A stretch of DNA of 64,000 nt from an uncultured Armatimonadia bacterium (GTDB taxonomy: Bacteria; Armatimonadota; Zipacnadia; CAVVLO01), in the NCBI GenBank assembly GCA_963749155.1, contig CAVVLO010000004.1:1-64000 (forward strand), read 5' to 3'. The position numbers and the translations under genes were made by a program. The notes beneath the pieces are model-generated. The model was not told where the DNA came from. It did no database searches and saw only the letters and a program-made list of their open reading frames with translations. Positions within the stretch are counted from its first letter, which is position 1, and every line of letters starts with the position of its first letter. Of this stretch, positions 30,746-39,426 are shown piece after piece.

Positions 30746-30800
30746 TCTTGCGCCAGCGCCAAAAGTAAAAGTATCCATACTGTCCGGTGGTGTAATTCAT
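30702..30800 (-). CDS. Aromatic-amino-acid leader peptide MNYTTGQYGYFYFWRWRKTAQRLSGGARMKVF
   Basis: 32 codons; 7 of 9 consecutive codons (30753-30779) are Tyr/Phe/Trp, immediately before the antiterminator strand. Confidence 0.75.
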   Translation of the reverse strand: MNYTTGQYGYFYFWRWRKTAQRLSGGARMKVF

Positions 30801-30809
30801 TCTGTATTC

Positions 30810-30839
30810 AGCATAACACCCCCACTTGACCGAGGTCAA
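30810..30839 (-). promoter_or_regulatory. Sigma70-type promoter TTGACC-N18-TATGCT (extended -10) for the leader transcript
   Basis: The -10 element ends 9 nt before the leader ATG, implying a near-leaderless mRNA; no SD sequence precedes that ATG. Confidence 0.55.
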
Positions 30840-30886
30840 CCAGTCTTTGGCACAAGAATTGCATCTGCAGATTTTGAGCAAGTGTA

Positions 30887-30915
30887 TTGTCAAGAAAGAA
30901 AGTGGGTATTATAAT
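30887..30915 (+). promoter_or_regulatory. Sigma70-type promoter TTGTCA-N17-TATAAT
   Basis: Near-consensus elements in an AT-rich intergenic region upstream of the RNase H-like gene and ruvCAB. Confidence 0.7.
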
Positions 30916-30941
30916 ACAGGTAAGGCCACAAACTTTTGTTT

Positions 30942-30957
30942 GCACTATATGTTGTTA
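30942..30957 (+). promoter_or_regulatory. Putative NrdR box
   Basis: GCACTATATGTTGTTA resembles acaCwAtATaTwGtgt; the expected partner box is only weakly evident. Confidence 0.35.
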
Positions 30958-31094
30958 GTCTGAAGTCCTGGCCACTAGGTAATTGAGGGTCGAAGCACCA
31001 GGCAGACCGGGCAGCTCCCTCGCCCACAAACACAAGAGAGGCAGTCGTGCTACCGCAACAAGCTTCGGCACCAAGCTCAAATGAGGTGCGGCAG

Positions 31095-31526
31095 ATGGCA
31101 CAAAAAACTCTCTACGGACTTGTAAACAGGTTGGAACAGGCGACCGGTGCTTTATGGCGTGTCTTCGTGACCGATTATGAAGGCCATTTCGCCGAAGAAT
31201 TCGACCTTGCAGAACTCGATGATGGCCCAACAAAGGGCGCCTACAGGGGCACTTTGGCTGCGATGGAAGTCGCCGAGAGCCAGCGCGCCACGTCGTTCTT
31301 GCTGTTGGTAGATAACCATACTGCTGTGCGCGAACTCAACCGGGAAGTGCCCCGCTCCGATCCTGGCCGTGACCTGGAGTTTATGCTTATCCGGGGGCTT
31401 GCGCACCAGTTCAGCAAGTTCAAGCTCTACCATCCCGGCGACAAGCTCTGGGGCAGACAACCTGACGAGCTTTCGCGCAGACTGCGCTCTTTGAAGGAGG
31501 CCGGCGCGCCAGTTGCCGCAGGCTAG
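31095..31526 (+). CDS. RNase HI-like (RVT_3-type) protein with degenerate active site
   Basis: GAGGTG RBS; AYRGTLAAMEVA....A......VDN..AVRELN....QF..F...H......PDELSR follows the RNase HI fold, but the DG Asp and the AEY Glu are missing. Confidence 0.6.
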   Translation: MAQKTLYGLVNRLEQATGALWRVFVTDYEGHFAEEFDLAELDDGPTKGAYRGTLAAMEVAESQRATSFLLLVDNHTAVRELNREVPRSDPGRDLEFMLIRGLAHQFSKFKLYHPGDKLWGRQPDELSRRLRSLKEAGAPVAAG

Positions 31527-31551
31527 AGAGCAAGCCTCGCGCCTGGCGCTG

Positions 31552-31560
31552 TGTTATAAT
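31552..31560 (+). promoter_or_regulatory. Extended -10 element TGTTATAAT upstream of ruvC
   Basis: Perfect TGnTATAAT 24 nt before the ruvC start. Confidence 0.5.
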
Positions 31561-31584
31561 CCACCAGCTTGAAGGCAGGGAGCG

Positions 31585-32121
31585 TTGGACTTGCTGGTGC
31601 TAGGCGTTGACCCGGGTCTGGTTACCACCGGCTACGGGCTTGTAGAGTTTCGCGAAGGCAATTGCCACCTCGTGCGCGAGGCGGGGTGTGTGCGTCCCCC
31701 CAAAACAGCCCCCCTCGCACTTCGGCTTGCCAAGTTACATTCTGCTCTCTCAGAGCTTATTGCCGAATACTCCCCCACCGTGATGGTGCTTGAAGATCTG
31801 TTTTCCAACTATAAGGTGCCAAAGACGGCAATCCTGATGGGCCACGCGCGCGGGGTGCTGTGTCTCACGGCAGGACAAGCGGGCATCCCGGTAGAAACTT
31901 ATACCGCCACTTTCGTGAAGCGCGCGATTACCGGCGCCGGACACGCTTCCAAGCAGCAGATGCAGGCTACCGTAGCTCAGCGGCTGAAGCTCCTGGAACC
32001 ACCCAGGCCGCCCGACGTCGCTGACGCGCTGGCGCTCGCGCTAGCCTATATCGAAGCCACTACCAATCCTCATGCCCAGCTACTTGCTCTTGGCAGGGGA
32101 CGGAAACGGAGCCATCCATGA
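31585..32121 (+). CDS. ruvC: Crossover junction endodeoxyribonuclease RuvC
   Basis: LGVDPG...TGYG, E..F, GHARG, VK....G.G.A.K.Q and DVADALA. Confidence 0.95.
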   Translation: MDLLVLGVDPGLVTTGYGLVEFREGNCHLVREAGCVRPPKTAPLALRLAKLHSALSELIAEYSPTVMVLEDLFSNYKVPKTAILMGHARGVLCLTAGQAGIPVETYTATFVKRAITGAGHASKQQMQATVAQRLKLLEPPRPPDVADALALALAYIEATTNPHAQLLALGRGRKRSHP

Positions 32122-32741
32122 TCTCGCGTCTGACTGGAGTACTCGACGAACTCGAGGACAACGCCGCCCTGATTGAATGCGGGGGGATTGGCTACGAGGT
32201 GCTCGTGCCCGCCTGCAGCGTTGGCGAACTGGCGCTTTCTCTCGGCCAGGAGCTGACCCTTCACACGCTTTATTACATCCAGATGGATAATAATAAAGGG
32301 GTGCCTCTGCTGCTGGGGTTCCTCTCAAAATCCGACCGGGATTTCTTCGAGCAGTTCACCACCGTGGCTGGTATCGGCCCGCGCCTGGCCTCCAAGGCTC
32401 TGGCCAGACCAATTGAAGAGATAGCCGCCGCCATAAATGCGGGCGACCTGGCGACCCTCATCAAATTGCCTTCTATCGGGAGCCAGAAAGCCAAACAGAT
32501 AATCGCCAAGTTGCAGGGGAAGGTTATCCGCTTCGCCCTGTCCGAGCCTCATCAGGCGCCAATCGCAACCGGCAAAGCCGCCGAAGCTATAGAAGAAGCC
32601 AGGCTGGTGCTCGCCCAGCTTCGTCTGACCAGGACCGAATCCGATAACCTGCTGGCTCAGGCGCTTGAGCTGCTTGGCGAGCAAGCCTCAACCGAGGCGC
32701 TTGTGAATGAAGCGATGAAACGCAGGGGCGCGCAATTATGA
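32118..32741 (+). CDS. ruvA: Holliday junction branch migration protein RuvA
   Basis: MISRLTG, GGIGYEV, L.GF, V.GIGP..A HhH motifs; lies between ruvC and ruvB. Confidence 0.95.
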   Translation: MISRLTGVLDELEDNAALIECGGIGYEVLVPACSVGELALSLGQELTLHTLYYIQMDNNKGVPLLLGFLSKSDRDFFEQFTTVAGIGPRLASKALARPIEEIAAAINAGDLATLIKLPSIGSQKAKQIIAKLQGKVIRFALSEPHQAPIATGKAAEAIEEARLVLAQLRLTRTESDNLLAQALELLGEQASTEALVNEAMKRRGAQL

Positions 32742-33769
32742 GTCGGGACGTCACCATCAGCAGTCACGAATCGAAAGAAGACCGCGAGCTTTTCGTGAAG
32801 CTCAGGCCCGCCAACCTGGACGAGTTCGTCGGCCAGCGGAAGGTCGTCGAAAACTTGCGGATATCCCTCGAGGCCGCCCAGCGACGCGGCGAAGCGCTTG
32901 ACCACGCCCTTTTCTACGGCCCGCCGGGCCTCGGCAAGACTTGCCTGGCTCATATCATCGCAGCCGAACTCGGCACCAGCCTGACTTGCACCTCAGGCCC
33001 CGCGCTTGAGCGCCCAGGCGACCTGGTTGGCCTGCTGACCAACCTGCAACGTGGAGATCTGCTCTTCATAGACGAGATCCACAGATTGCCGAATCCGGTT
33101 GAAGAGTTCCTCTACTCTGCGATGGAGGACTTCCGGATTGATTTTGTCATTGACCGGGGCCCTTACGCCAAGACTATCAGGCTGGACCTTGCGCCTTTCA
33201 CGCTAATCGGCGCCACAACGCGCGCAGGGGCGCTTACCCCACCCCTTCGAGAGCGCTTTGGGCTGTTTCATCATCTGGATTTTTACGGTGAAGAAGACCT
33301 CGCCAGCATTATTACTCGTTCGGCCCAGTTGTTAAGCGTAGACTGCACCCAGGATGGCGCCTTCGAACTGGCGGGGCGCTCGCGAGGCACGCCCCGTATT
33401 GCCAACCGGCTGCTTCGCCGGGCACGGGACTGGGCCGAGGTTAAGGCCTCAGGCCAGATAAATGAAGAGGTCGCAAACGCCACCCTAACCTTGCTCGGGG
33501 TAGACACCCTGGGCCTGGACGAGTTGGACCGAGCTTTCCTTTCCGCAATTGTGACAGTGTACAAAGGCGGCCCGGTGGGGATTGAAGCCCTCGCGGCAAC
33601 CCTCAACGAGAGCGTCGACACGCTGGACGATATGGTCGAGCCTTACCTGCTTAAACTCGGGTTCATCGCGCGCACGCCCTCCGGTCGCAAGGCGACCGAA
33701 GCCGCCTACAAGCATCTGGGCCTGGTGCGCGAGGCTGGACAGTTCGCCCTCAGGTTTGACTTCGACTAG
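32738..33769 (+). CDS. ruvB: Holliday junction branch migration helicase RuvB
   Basis: LRP..LDEFVGQ, GPPGLGKT, LFIDEIHRL, GATTRAG, SRGTPRIANRLL and EPYL. Confidence 0.97.
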   Translation: MSRDVTISSHESKEDRELFVKLRPANLDEFVGQRKVVENLRISLEAAQRRGEALDHALFYGPPGLGKTCLAHIIAAELGTSLTCTSGPALERPGDLVGLLTNLQRGDLLFIDEIHRLPNPVEEFLYSAMEDFRIDFVIDRGPYAKTIRLDLAPFTLIGATTRAGALTPPLRERFGLFHHLDFYGEEDLASIITRSAQLLSVDCTQDGAFELAGRSRGTPRIANRLLRRARDWAEVKASGQINEEVANATLTLLGVDTLGLDELDRAFLSAIVTVYKGGPVGIEALAATLNESVDTLDDMVEPYLLKLGFIARTPSGRKATEAAYKHLGLVREAGQFALRFDFD

Positions 33770-33790
33770 GCAAGCCTTCTATGCGATTGC

Positions 33791-35098
33791 TTAATACACC
33801 GCCGCCGCATTATCGTGGAGGATTGCCCCCGCAACGGAGAGCAGCTCCTCCTTCCCCAAACCCAGGTTACGAGAAGCCCTTTCGAGTTCAGCAGCGAGGA
33901 GTTCCCGCACGAACAGTGCCGAGCCGGCGGCCATCTCCACACTCGTTGCATCCTGCGAGCCCATCAGCTTGGTGGTCGGCAGGTAGTTCAACCACTGCCG
34001 CATTGCCTGCTCATAATACGCCGGATTCAGGATTGGCTGCCAGCAGGTATCGATGTAGACATTGGGGCGGTATTTGGCAAGCCATCCGGCTTCCTCGAGG
34101 AAAGGCCAGCAATGCAGTTGTACGAATTTCACCCGCGGATAACGCGCCGCCAGCGCCTCGAGCGGAAGCGGATTGGACTGCGTCAGGTTATGCGTGCCGA
34201 CATGGACCTGATGAGGCCAGTCGCGTTCGCTGGCCAGTTTGAGGCACTCGTGGACTACCCAATCCTGGAAAGCTGTCACTTGCGCCTTGTCGAGGTCTCC
34301 GCGAAAGACCACCTCGACATCGCTCCTCGGCTGGAAGTCCAGTGACCGGTAATAGGCCTGAAGCTGCTTGATGCCCGTGTTGCCGCGCTGCCCCGAAACC
34401 TCGAACCATCGCGCGAGGAACTCTCTCCAGCTTGCGGCATCGGCCGGCTCGATGCCGATCAGCTCTGCCATCTCATCGCGCCGCTGGGACTCGGGCTGCC
34501 AAAGCTCCAGGAAGGGGTCGATGCGCATTATGGTGCGCGTGAAGGCTGCCTCCGCCGTGGCGCTCTGGACTGACTGCTTGCGGAAGTAAAACTCAGGATG
34601 CACTGGCCGGATGAGCTGGCTGAAGCGGGCCTTCCCCATCGCCTCGCGATACCACTCGAAGGGCGCCTCGTAGCGCTGAGCGATGGCCTCATCAAGCTTC
34701 TCAGCCTCGCCAAGTAAGGCCGTCTGAGGGTCCAGTCCATAGAGCGCGGCGATGCCTCGCCTGAGGCACTGCCAGGTGCCGGTCAGCAACTGGGGCTGAA
34801 TCAACTTGAGCAGGGCAGGATGGGCTTGGGTAAAATCCTCCCTCGCCCAGGTATAAACATCGGGATAACCCGCCGCCTGTGCCAGCCGGTGCGGCTCGAG
34901 TCCGCCCGCATACAGGTGGCCCAGAAAGTAGGGATCGAGCAACACATCCCAAAGGCCAGTGCGGCGGATCGGCAGGGCGCCTTGCTCGATATCGGCCCTG
35001 AAGCCTCCTGGGAAGTCTCCAATTGCCATCAGGCTGCCCCAGTGTTCATGCGCGCAGAAAAGCGGCAACTCTGTAAGGTCGAGGTCAAAAGGCGCCAT
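33791..35098 (-). CDS. Amidohydrolase-superfamily protein (Amidohydro_2 / uronate-isomerase-like)
   Basis: AHEH metal motif, QVHVG, QLHCWP, NVYIDTCW, K...SQD and NA..VY end. Confidence 0.7.
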   Translation of the reverse strand: MAPFDLDLTELPLFCAHEHWGSLMAIGDFPGGFRADIEQGALPIRRTGLWDVLLDPYFLGHLYAGGLEPHRLAQAAGYPDVYTWAREDFTQAHPALLKLIQPQLLTGTWQCLRRGIAALYGLDPQTALLGEAEKLDEAIAQRYEAPFEWYREAMGKARFSQLIRPVHPEFYFRKQSVQSATAEAAFTRTIMRIDPFLELWQPESQRRDEMAELIGIEPADAASWREFLARWFEVSGQRGNTGIKQLQAYYRSLDFQPRSDVEVVFRGDLDKAQVTAFQDWVVHECLKLASERDWPHQVHVGTHNLTQSNPLPLEALAARYPRVKFVQLHCWPFLEEAGWLAKYRPNVYIDTCWQPILNPAYYEQAMRQWLNYLPTTKLMGSQDATSVEMAAGSALFVRELLAAELERASRNLGLGKEELLSVAGAILHDNAAAVY

Positions 35099-35107
35099 CA
35101 GTTTCTC

Positions 35108-36175
35108 CTACATCAGCTTCTTGCCAAGGGCTTCCTCGTAGATGGCCAGGACGTTACGCAAAGGCGTGTCAGGCTGGATACAGTGAGCGGGCGCGAAGAT
35201 ATACCCTCCGCCTTTGGCGATTACGTCCAGGCGATGGCGCGCCTCGGCCCTGCATTCTTCCTCAGTGCCATGAGGCAGCGTCTGTTGAGTGCTTATCAGG
35301 CCGCAGAAAGCCAGCTTGCCGTAGCAGGCCGCGCGGATGGTCTCAGGATCCATCCCCTTCGGCTCCGGCTGCATGGCGTCCAGCGCGTCCAGCTCCATGT
35401 CTATGAAGGTAGCCTGCAGTTCATGGGTATCGCCGCAGGAGTGCATCATTACTTTGCAACCATATTCATGGCCGAGGTCAATGTATTGCTCGATCGCAGG
35501 CCGAAATACGTCGTCGAAGTCACGGGGCGAGACCATCCTGCCGTTCTGGTTGCCCGTGTCCTCACCCAGGCACAGGATATCCACCTTGCCGTTGCAGGCC
35601 TCAAGGCACCGCTTGCAGTATTCGAAGTAGAAGTCTACGCGCTTCTGGATAACCGCCAGGCCCACCTCATCGCGAGTTGCGATATCTATCAGCACCTGCT
35701 CCATCCCGCGGCCACGCGAGACGCCATTTACGATATCGGGAATGCCCGCATCTCCCACACACACCGCATACTCGCCGTTGGCCTCGCATTGCGCCTCGAG
35801 GGTGGAGTAGTCGTACATATCCGGATCCGGCCAGGGGTATTTATCAAAATCATCCATCGTCTCGATGGTGGCCAGGCCCAGCTCGTAGGCTTCGGCATAG
35901 GTGCCCTGGCTCGGATTTTGTTGCAGCTTGTAGCCCGCGCCCCAGATGTCGTAGAAAATGTCAGCCCCATCCACGTCCTTACGGGACGGCTTCACAGGGC
36001 CTTTCCACTGGGGGCAGACCATACGCAGGTCAATCCCAAGCGCCTGCAGGACATCCTGACCTTTGAAGTAATCAGCTAATTGCTGCCATATCTCGGGGGT
36101 GGTGTAAATCTGGCACGGTACCCGGTCGGGCTCCTGCCAGTTGAGTGATGTCATCACGCGTTCTTTGGAGTTCAT
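35108..36175 (-). CDS. Uroporphyrinogen decarboxylase / MtaA-CmuA family protein
   Basis: MNSKERV....PDRVP, RGME, EDTG, MMHSCG, ISTQQTLPHGT and GGGYIFAPAHCIQPDTP..N. Confidence 0.85.
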   Translation of the reverse strand: MNSKERVMTSLNWQEPDRVPCQIYTTPEIWQQLADYFKGQDVLQALGIDLRMVCPQWKGPVKPSRKDVDGADIFYDIWGAGYKLQQNPSQGTYAEAYELGLATIETMDDFDKYPWPDPDMYDYSTLEAQCEANGEYAVCVGDAGIPDIVNGVSRGRGMEQVLIDIATRDEVGLAVIQKRVDFYFEYCKRCLEACNGKVDILCLGEDTGNQNGRMVSPRDFDDVFRPAIEQYIDLGHEYGCKVMMHSCGDTHELQATFIDMELDALDAMQPEPKGMDPETIRAACYGKLAFCGLISTQQTLPHGTEEECRAEARHRLDVIAKGGGYIFAPAHCIQPDTPLRNVLAIYEEALGKKLM

Positions 36176-36215
36176 CGAGTGTCCCCTTCCACAAAATACT
36201 TCATCCTTCAAATCG

Positions 36216-39200
36216 CTATTTCAACAGGGTCAAAAGCGCCTGGGCCGAATGCTCCTCAGACTTGGGCAGGTCTACTTGATCGCCGTCCAATAGCGCCAGG
36301 AACAACCGCACTCGGCCATCGCCACTGTCGATGAGGAAGCAATTCTGAAACTGGTTCAGGTTGTCCAGGCGCAAGGTGTGACCAGCCAGGTCAAGCTCGA
36401 GCCACGCGCCATGCTGCCCTAACCGTTGCCCGACCAACTCGCCGCGCTTGCCAGTGCCGGTTTCGCCTCGCCAGCCTTCGAATCCTTTCAGTGAGAAGCT
36501 CATCGCGAAAAAAGCCTTCCTGGCTGGCAAATCCACTGTCGGCGTTATACCAACATGAAGGGCCAGGCCTCCCGGCACCGCCTGATACCCCTGCGTAGCC
36601 AGCATTACGGCCTGTCGCAAGGGTGCAGGCGCAACGCCATTCCACGGAGACTGGTAGAGGGGCGCGACAAAGGCAAAGCCAGGCTGGTCTCCCTCGCCCA
36701 CATAGAGACGCGGATTGTTGGCCCACTCTGTTGCGCTCATCGTCTTGTCATCGTAGATGCCCCAATCGGTGTAAGTCATCCCCGACTCGGCCACCAGGTT
36801 CTCGGATTCCGAGCCAATCCAGAGCCCCGCAAGCCCCCCGCCCCGGCGCCTTGCTGAAGCGAGCCTGAGACCGTCTGCCTGCAGCGTGACGAACTGCGGC
36901 CCAAGGGCTAATCCTTCTACTTCGACAGGCTTCCAGACGGGGATGTACTCTTCCCCTGGGCCAAGCTGCTTAACGGTCCTTGCCGACGCAGGCTCTACCA
37001 CCAGTTGCACGCCCTGCCCGTCTACTTCGAGGTCGGCGATATGCGCCTTGGTGACCTCACGCGGGTCGAACTCCACTGCGATTGTGCCCCGGGCCGTCTT
37101 CACGCCGAAACTGGCAAGCGCTGCTCCATCGAACCTGCCTCTGTCCAGCGGGAACCAGGCCCGTTCGAGCACCGGCATTGCCGAAAGTACGTTGCCGTCT
37201 TCTCTTGCCTTCGAGCCCAGTGCGTTGAAGTCGCCTCTCAGCAAGCCTTCCGCCGTCTGGATGAACCACTCGGTCGCGCCATCAATCTCAGGATACCCCT
37301 CAGGGGTGAAACGCAGTTCTCCCCCGCTCTCGGCAGGGACCGGCGCAGCTTCAGCTTGCCAGCTATCGACCCAGCCAGCAGGCTTGAGCAGTAGCACAGC
37401 AGGTCTCCAAGGCGCAAGTGTGACCGAGCCGGTAGCCTGCCTGCGGCTGAAGCCTTCCACTACCGCTGGGAAGCGTTTCGCTACGTCCTCTGGCCACTTT
37501 AGCGTCACCTTCGCAGGTTCACCGGTCAGGTTGATAGCCACCACGGCCGCGCCATCGGCCGTCTCGCGCAGGAAGGTAAACACGCGCGGATCCGAGCACT
37601 CGACCGCGTGGAAGTCCGCCGTCCCGGTGCGGAAGCACTCTTCCGAGTTGCGCAAAGCCATCCAGGCTGACAGGTCGGCGACGAAGCCCTGCTCCTGCTC
37701 CTGGTAGACCATCGGCACGCCGGGGATGAAGGTAATCAGCGCCTGCAAGGCCTGCGAAAGTCCGACTCCGAAGAAGTCAGAGGGCTCCACCACGTCGTGG
37801 TTCTGCAAGAAGCGCACCAGCCCGTTCACCCCGCGACTAGGGTAGCCGATACCCTCGAGCTGCAGCCATTCCTGAGTATCACTCACCCATCTGGCCAGGT
37901 CAGGCTGGCCTGTCAGGTCGCGCATCGCCAGGTACAGCGGATAATCGAACAACAGGTCCGAATTGGTGAAGACGAGTGGCTTGCCGCCCTCAGGCAGGGT
38001 GACCCCGTCGGGATTGCCTTCTCTAAAGCCATCGCGGATGACCTTGTTGAGTTGCAACCCGCCATAAGCCACAGCATCGCTCACCCTGTCGGGATTGGCC
38101 CAGTTCACGGTCTGTCCCCAGCCGATGCAGTCGAGGCGCGTGCCGTCGAAGGCGAACTCATCTCGCCAGTGCGCGACCACCTCGGCGATGCGCTGCTGCC
38201 AAAGGGGGTTGCTGCAGTCAGCAGCCTGGACCGAGTTGCCCCATACCAGCACGGGGTTGCCCGCCTCGTCCCTGCACCACACCTCGGGCGGCAGCTTGGC
38301 AACTTCGCTGCTGTCAGGCCTGATGCCGTAGACTACGAGGTCTATCAACTGGCGCATCTCATGAGCGTGGGCCGCATCCACCATCGCCTTCAGCTCTTCG
38401 GGAGAGCCATTTTCGGGCGCTACCCGGTCGAACTCCGGCAGCGTATAGACCCACGGTGGTGGCCAGCTTACGGGGAGCACCCAGAGGGTCTTCATCCCCA
38501 GCGCCTGGTAATAGGGCATCAGCTCGGTCAGGCGCGGATAACGCATCCCCCGGTCGCCCTGGTGCCACATCTCCAGGCGCCCCCAGGGGTGAAATTCGTA
38601 GAGCCCTCCCTCGTGGACGCTGGCCGGAGAGTCCTCTGGAGGGCCGAGTTCGAGCGTCTCAACCAGCGCGTCAAGCCCTGCGAGGCCCGCTTGCTCCTCG
38701 CCCTCGGTCACCCGGATGACCTGGTCGCCCAGTTCCAAAGTGCGGCCTGGCTCTACCACCGTGATGGCATTGAACTGATGGGCCGGCGAGACCGAATCGT
38801 TGCCCTCGAAGACGTGTACCTGAGCTTCGTCATGGGTGAAGGCGTACCCCACCGACAGGGACAGCTTTGCCGAGGGGGAATGCACGAAGGCCAGCGCATA
38901 ATCGCCGCGCGTCCAGCCCTGCTCGCGCACATCATACCCCTCGTGCAGATTATCGAACTGGCGGCGCTGGGGTGGATAATTGCCAGGAATCAGGTAGAAG
39001 TCGTCTGGCGCATCGGACAGGCGCGCGCCAGGGACGATGAAGAAGGCATTCCAGAGTTTTATGGACTTGGCGCCGGAATAAGTCAGTTTTAGATGGCGAC
39101 GTAGCTGAGGCCCTTCAACACTGAAGGTCCACTCCAGCCTCCAGTCACCGGCCTGTTGGACAACATGCCACACGTTGCCCTCCTGAGAAGAATCCACCAG

Positions 39201-39413
39201 CTTGCGCTGCGCTACAGGGGGCAGCTCGGAACCCTCGAGGCTGAGTTCAACGTCCGACCTGATGGCCGGCAGCAGCTCCTTGCCATCCCACAGGAGGCCT
39301 GTCCAGCAGCCGGTCTGAGGGTCGAACTGGGGTTCCAGCGCGGGGCCCTGGCCAAAAGCGGCCGGCATCGCGATCACCATCCCAAAGAGCAATACGCACA
39401 CTAGTCGAATCAT
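36216..39413 (-). CDS. Large secreted GH13 (alpha-amylase family)-like protein
   Basis: Signal peptide; LGMKTLWVLP, G..EELKAMVDAAH, FDGTRLD, PE, FLQNHD and IPGVPMVYQ.QE. Confidence 0.7.
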   Translation of the reverse strand: MIRLVCVLLFGMVIAMPAAFGQGPALEPQFDPQTGCWTGLLWDGKELLPAIRSDVELSLEGSELPPVAQRKLVDSSQEGNVWHVVQQAGDWRLEWTFSVEGPQLRRHLKLTYSGAKSIKLWNAFFIVPGARLSDAPDDFYLIPGNYPPQRRQFDNLHEGYDVREQGWTRGDYALAFVHSPSAKLSLSVGYAFTHDEAQVHVFEGNDSVSPAHQFNAITVVEPGRTLELGDQVIRVTEGEEQAGLAGLDALVETLELGPPEDSPASVHEGGLYEFHPWGRLEMWHQGDRGMRYPRLTELMPYYQALGMKTLWVLPVSWPPPWVYTLPEFDRVAPENGSPEELKAMVDAAHAHEMRQLIDLVVYGIRPDSSEVAKLPPEVWCRDEAGNPVLVWGNSVQAADCSNPLWQQRIAEVVAHWRDEFAFDGTRLDCIGWGQTVNWANPDRVSDAVAYGGLQLNKVIRDGFREGNPDGVTLPEGGKPLVFTNSDLLFDYPLYLAMRDLTGQPDLARWVSDTQEWLQLEGIGYPSRGVNGLVRFLQNHDVVEPSDFFGVGLSQALQALITFIPGVPMVYQEQEQGFVADLSAWMALRNSEECFRTGTADFHAVECSDPRVFTFLRETADGAAVVAINLTGEPAKVTLKWPEDVAKRFPAVVEGFSRRQATGSVTLAPWRPAVLLLKPAGWVDSWQAEAAPVPAESGGELRFTPEGYPEIDGATEWFIQTAEGLLRGDFNALGSKAREDGNVLSAMPVLERAWFPLDRGRFDGAALASFGVKTARGTIAVEFDPREVTKAHIADLEVDGQGVQLVVEPASARTVKQLGPGEEYIPVWKPVEVEGLALGPQFVTLQADGLRLASARRRGGGLAGLWIGSESENLVAESGMTYTDWGIYDDKTMSATEWANNPRLYVGEGDQPGFAFVAPLYQSPWNGVAPAPLRQAVMLATQGYQAVPGGLALHVGITPTVDLPARKAFFAMSFSLKGFEGWRGETGTGKRGELVGQRLGQHGAWLELDLAGHTLRLDNLNQFQNCFLIDSGDGRVRLFLALLDGDQVDLPKSEEHSAQALLTLLK

Positions 39414-39426
39414 AGGTCTCCTCACT

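Noticed and set aside
30650..30762. Alternative leader frame containing FWWR (TTG GCG...TTC TGG TGG CGC)
   Set aside because: It has no good start or SD, and these codons lie within the antiterminator strand; the ATG-initiated YFYFWRW frame has the correct geometry.
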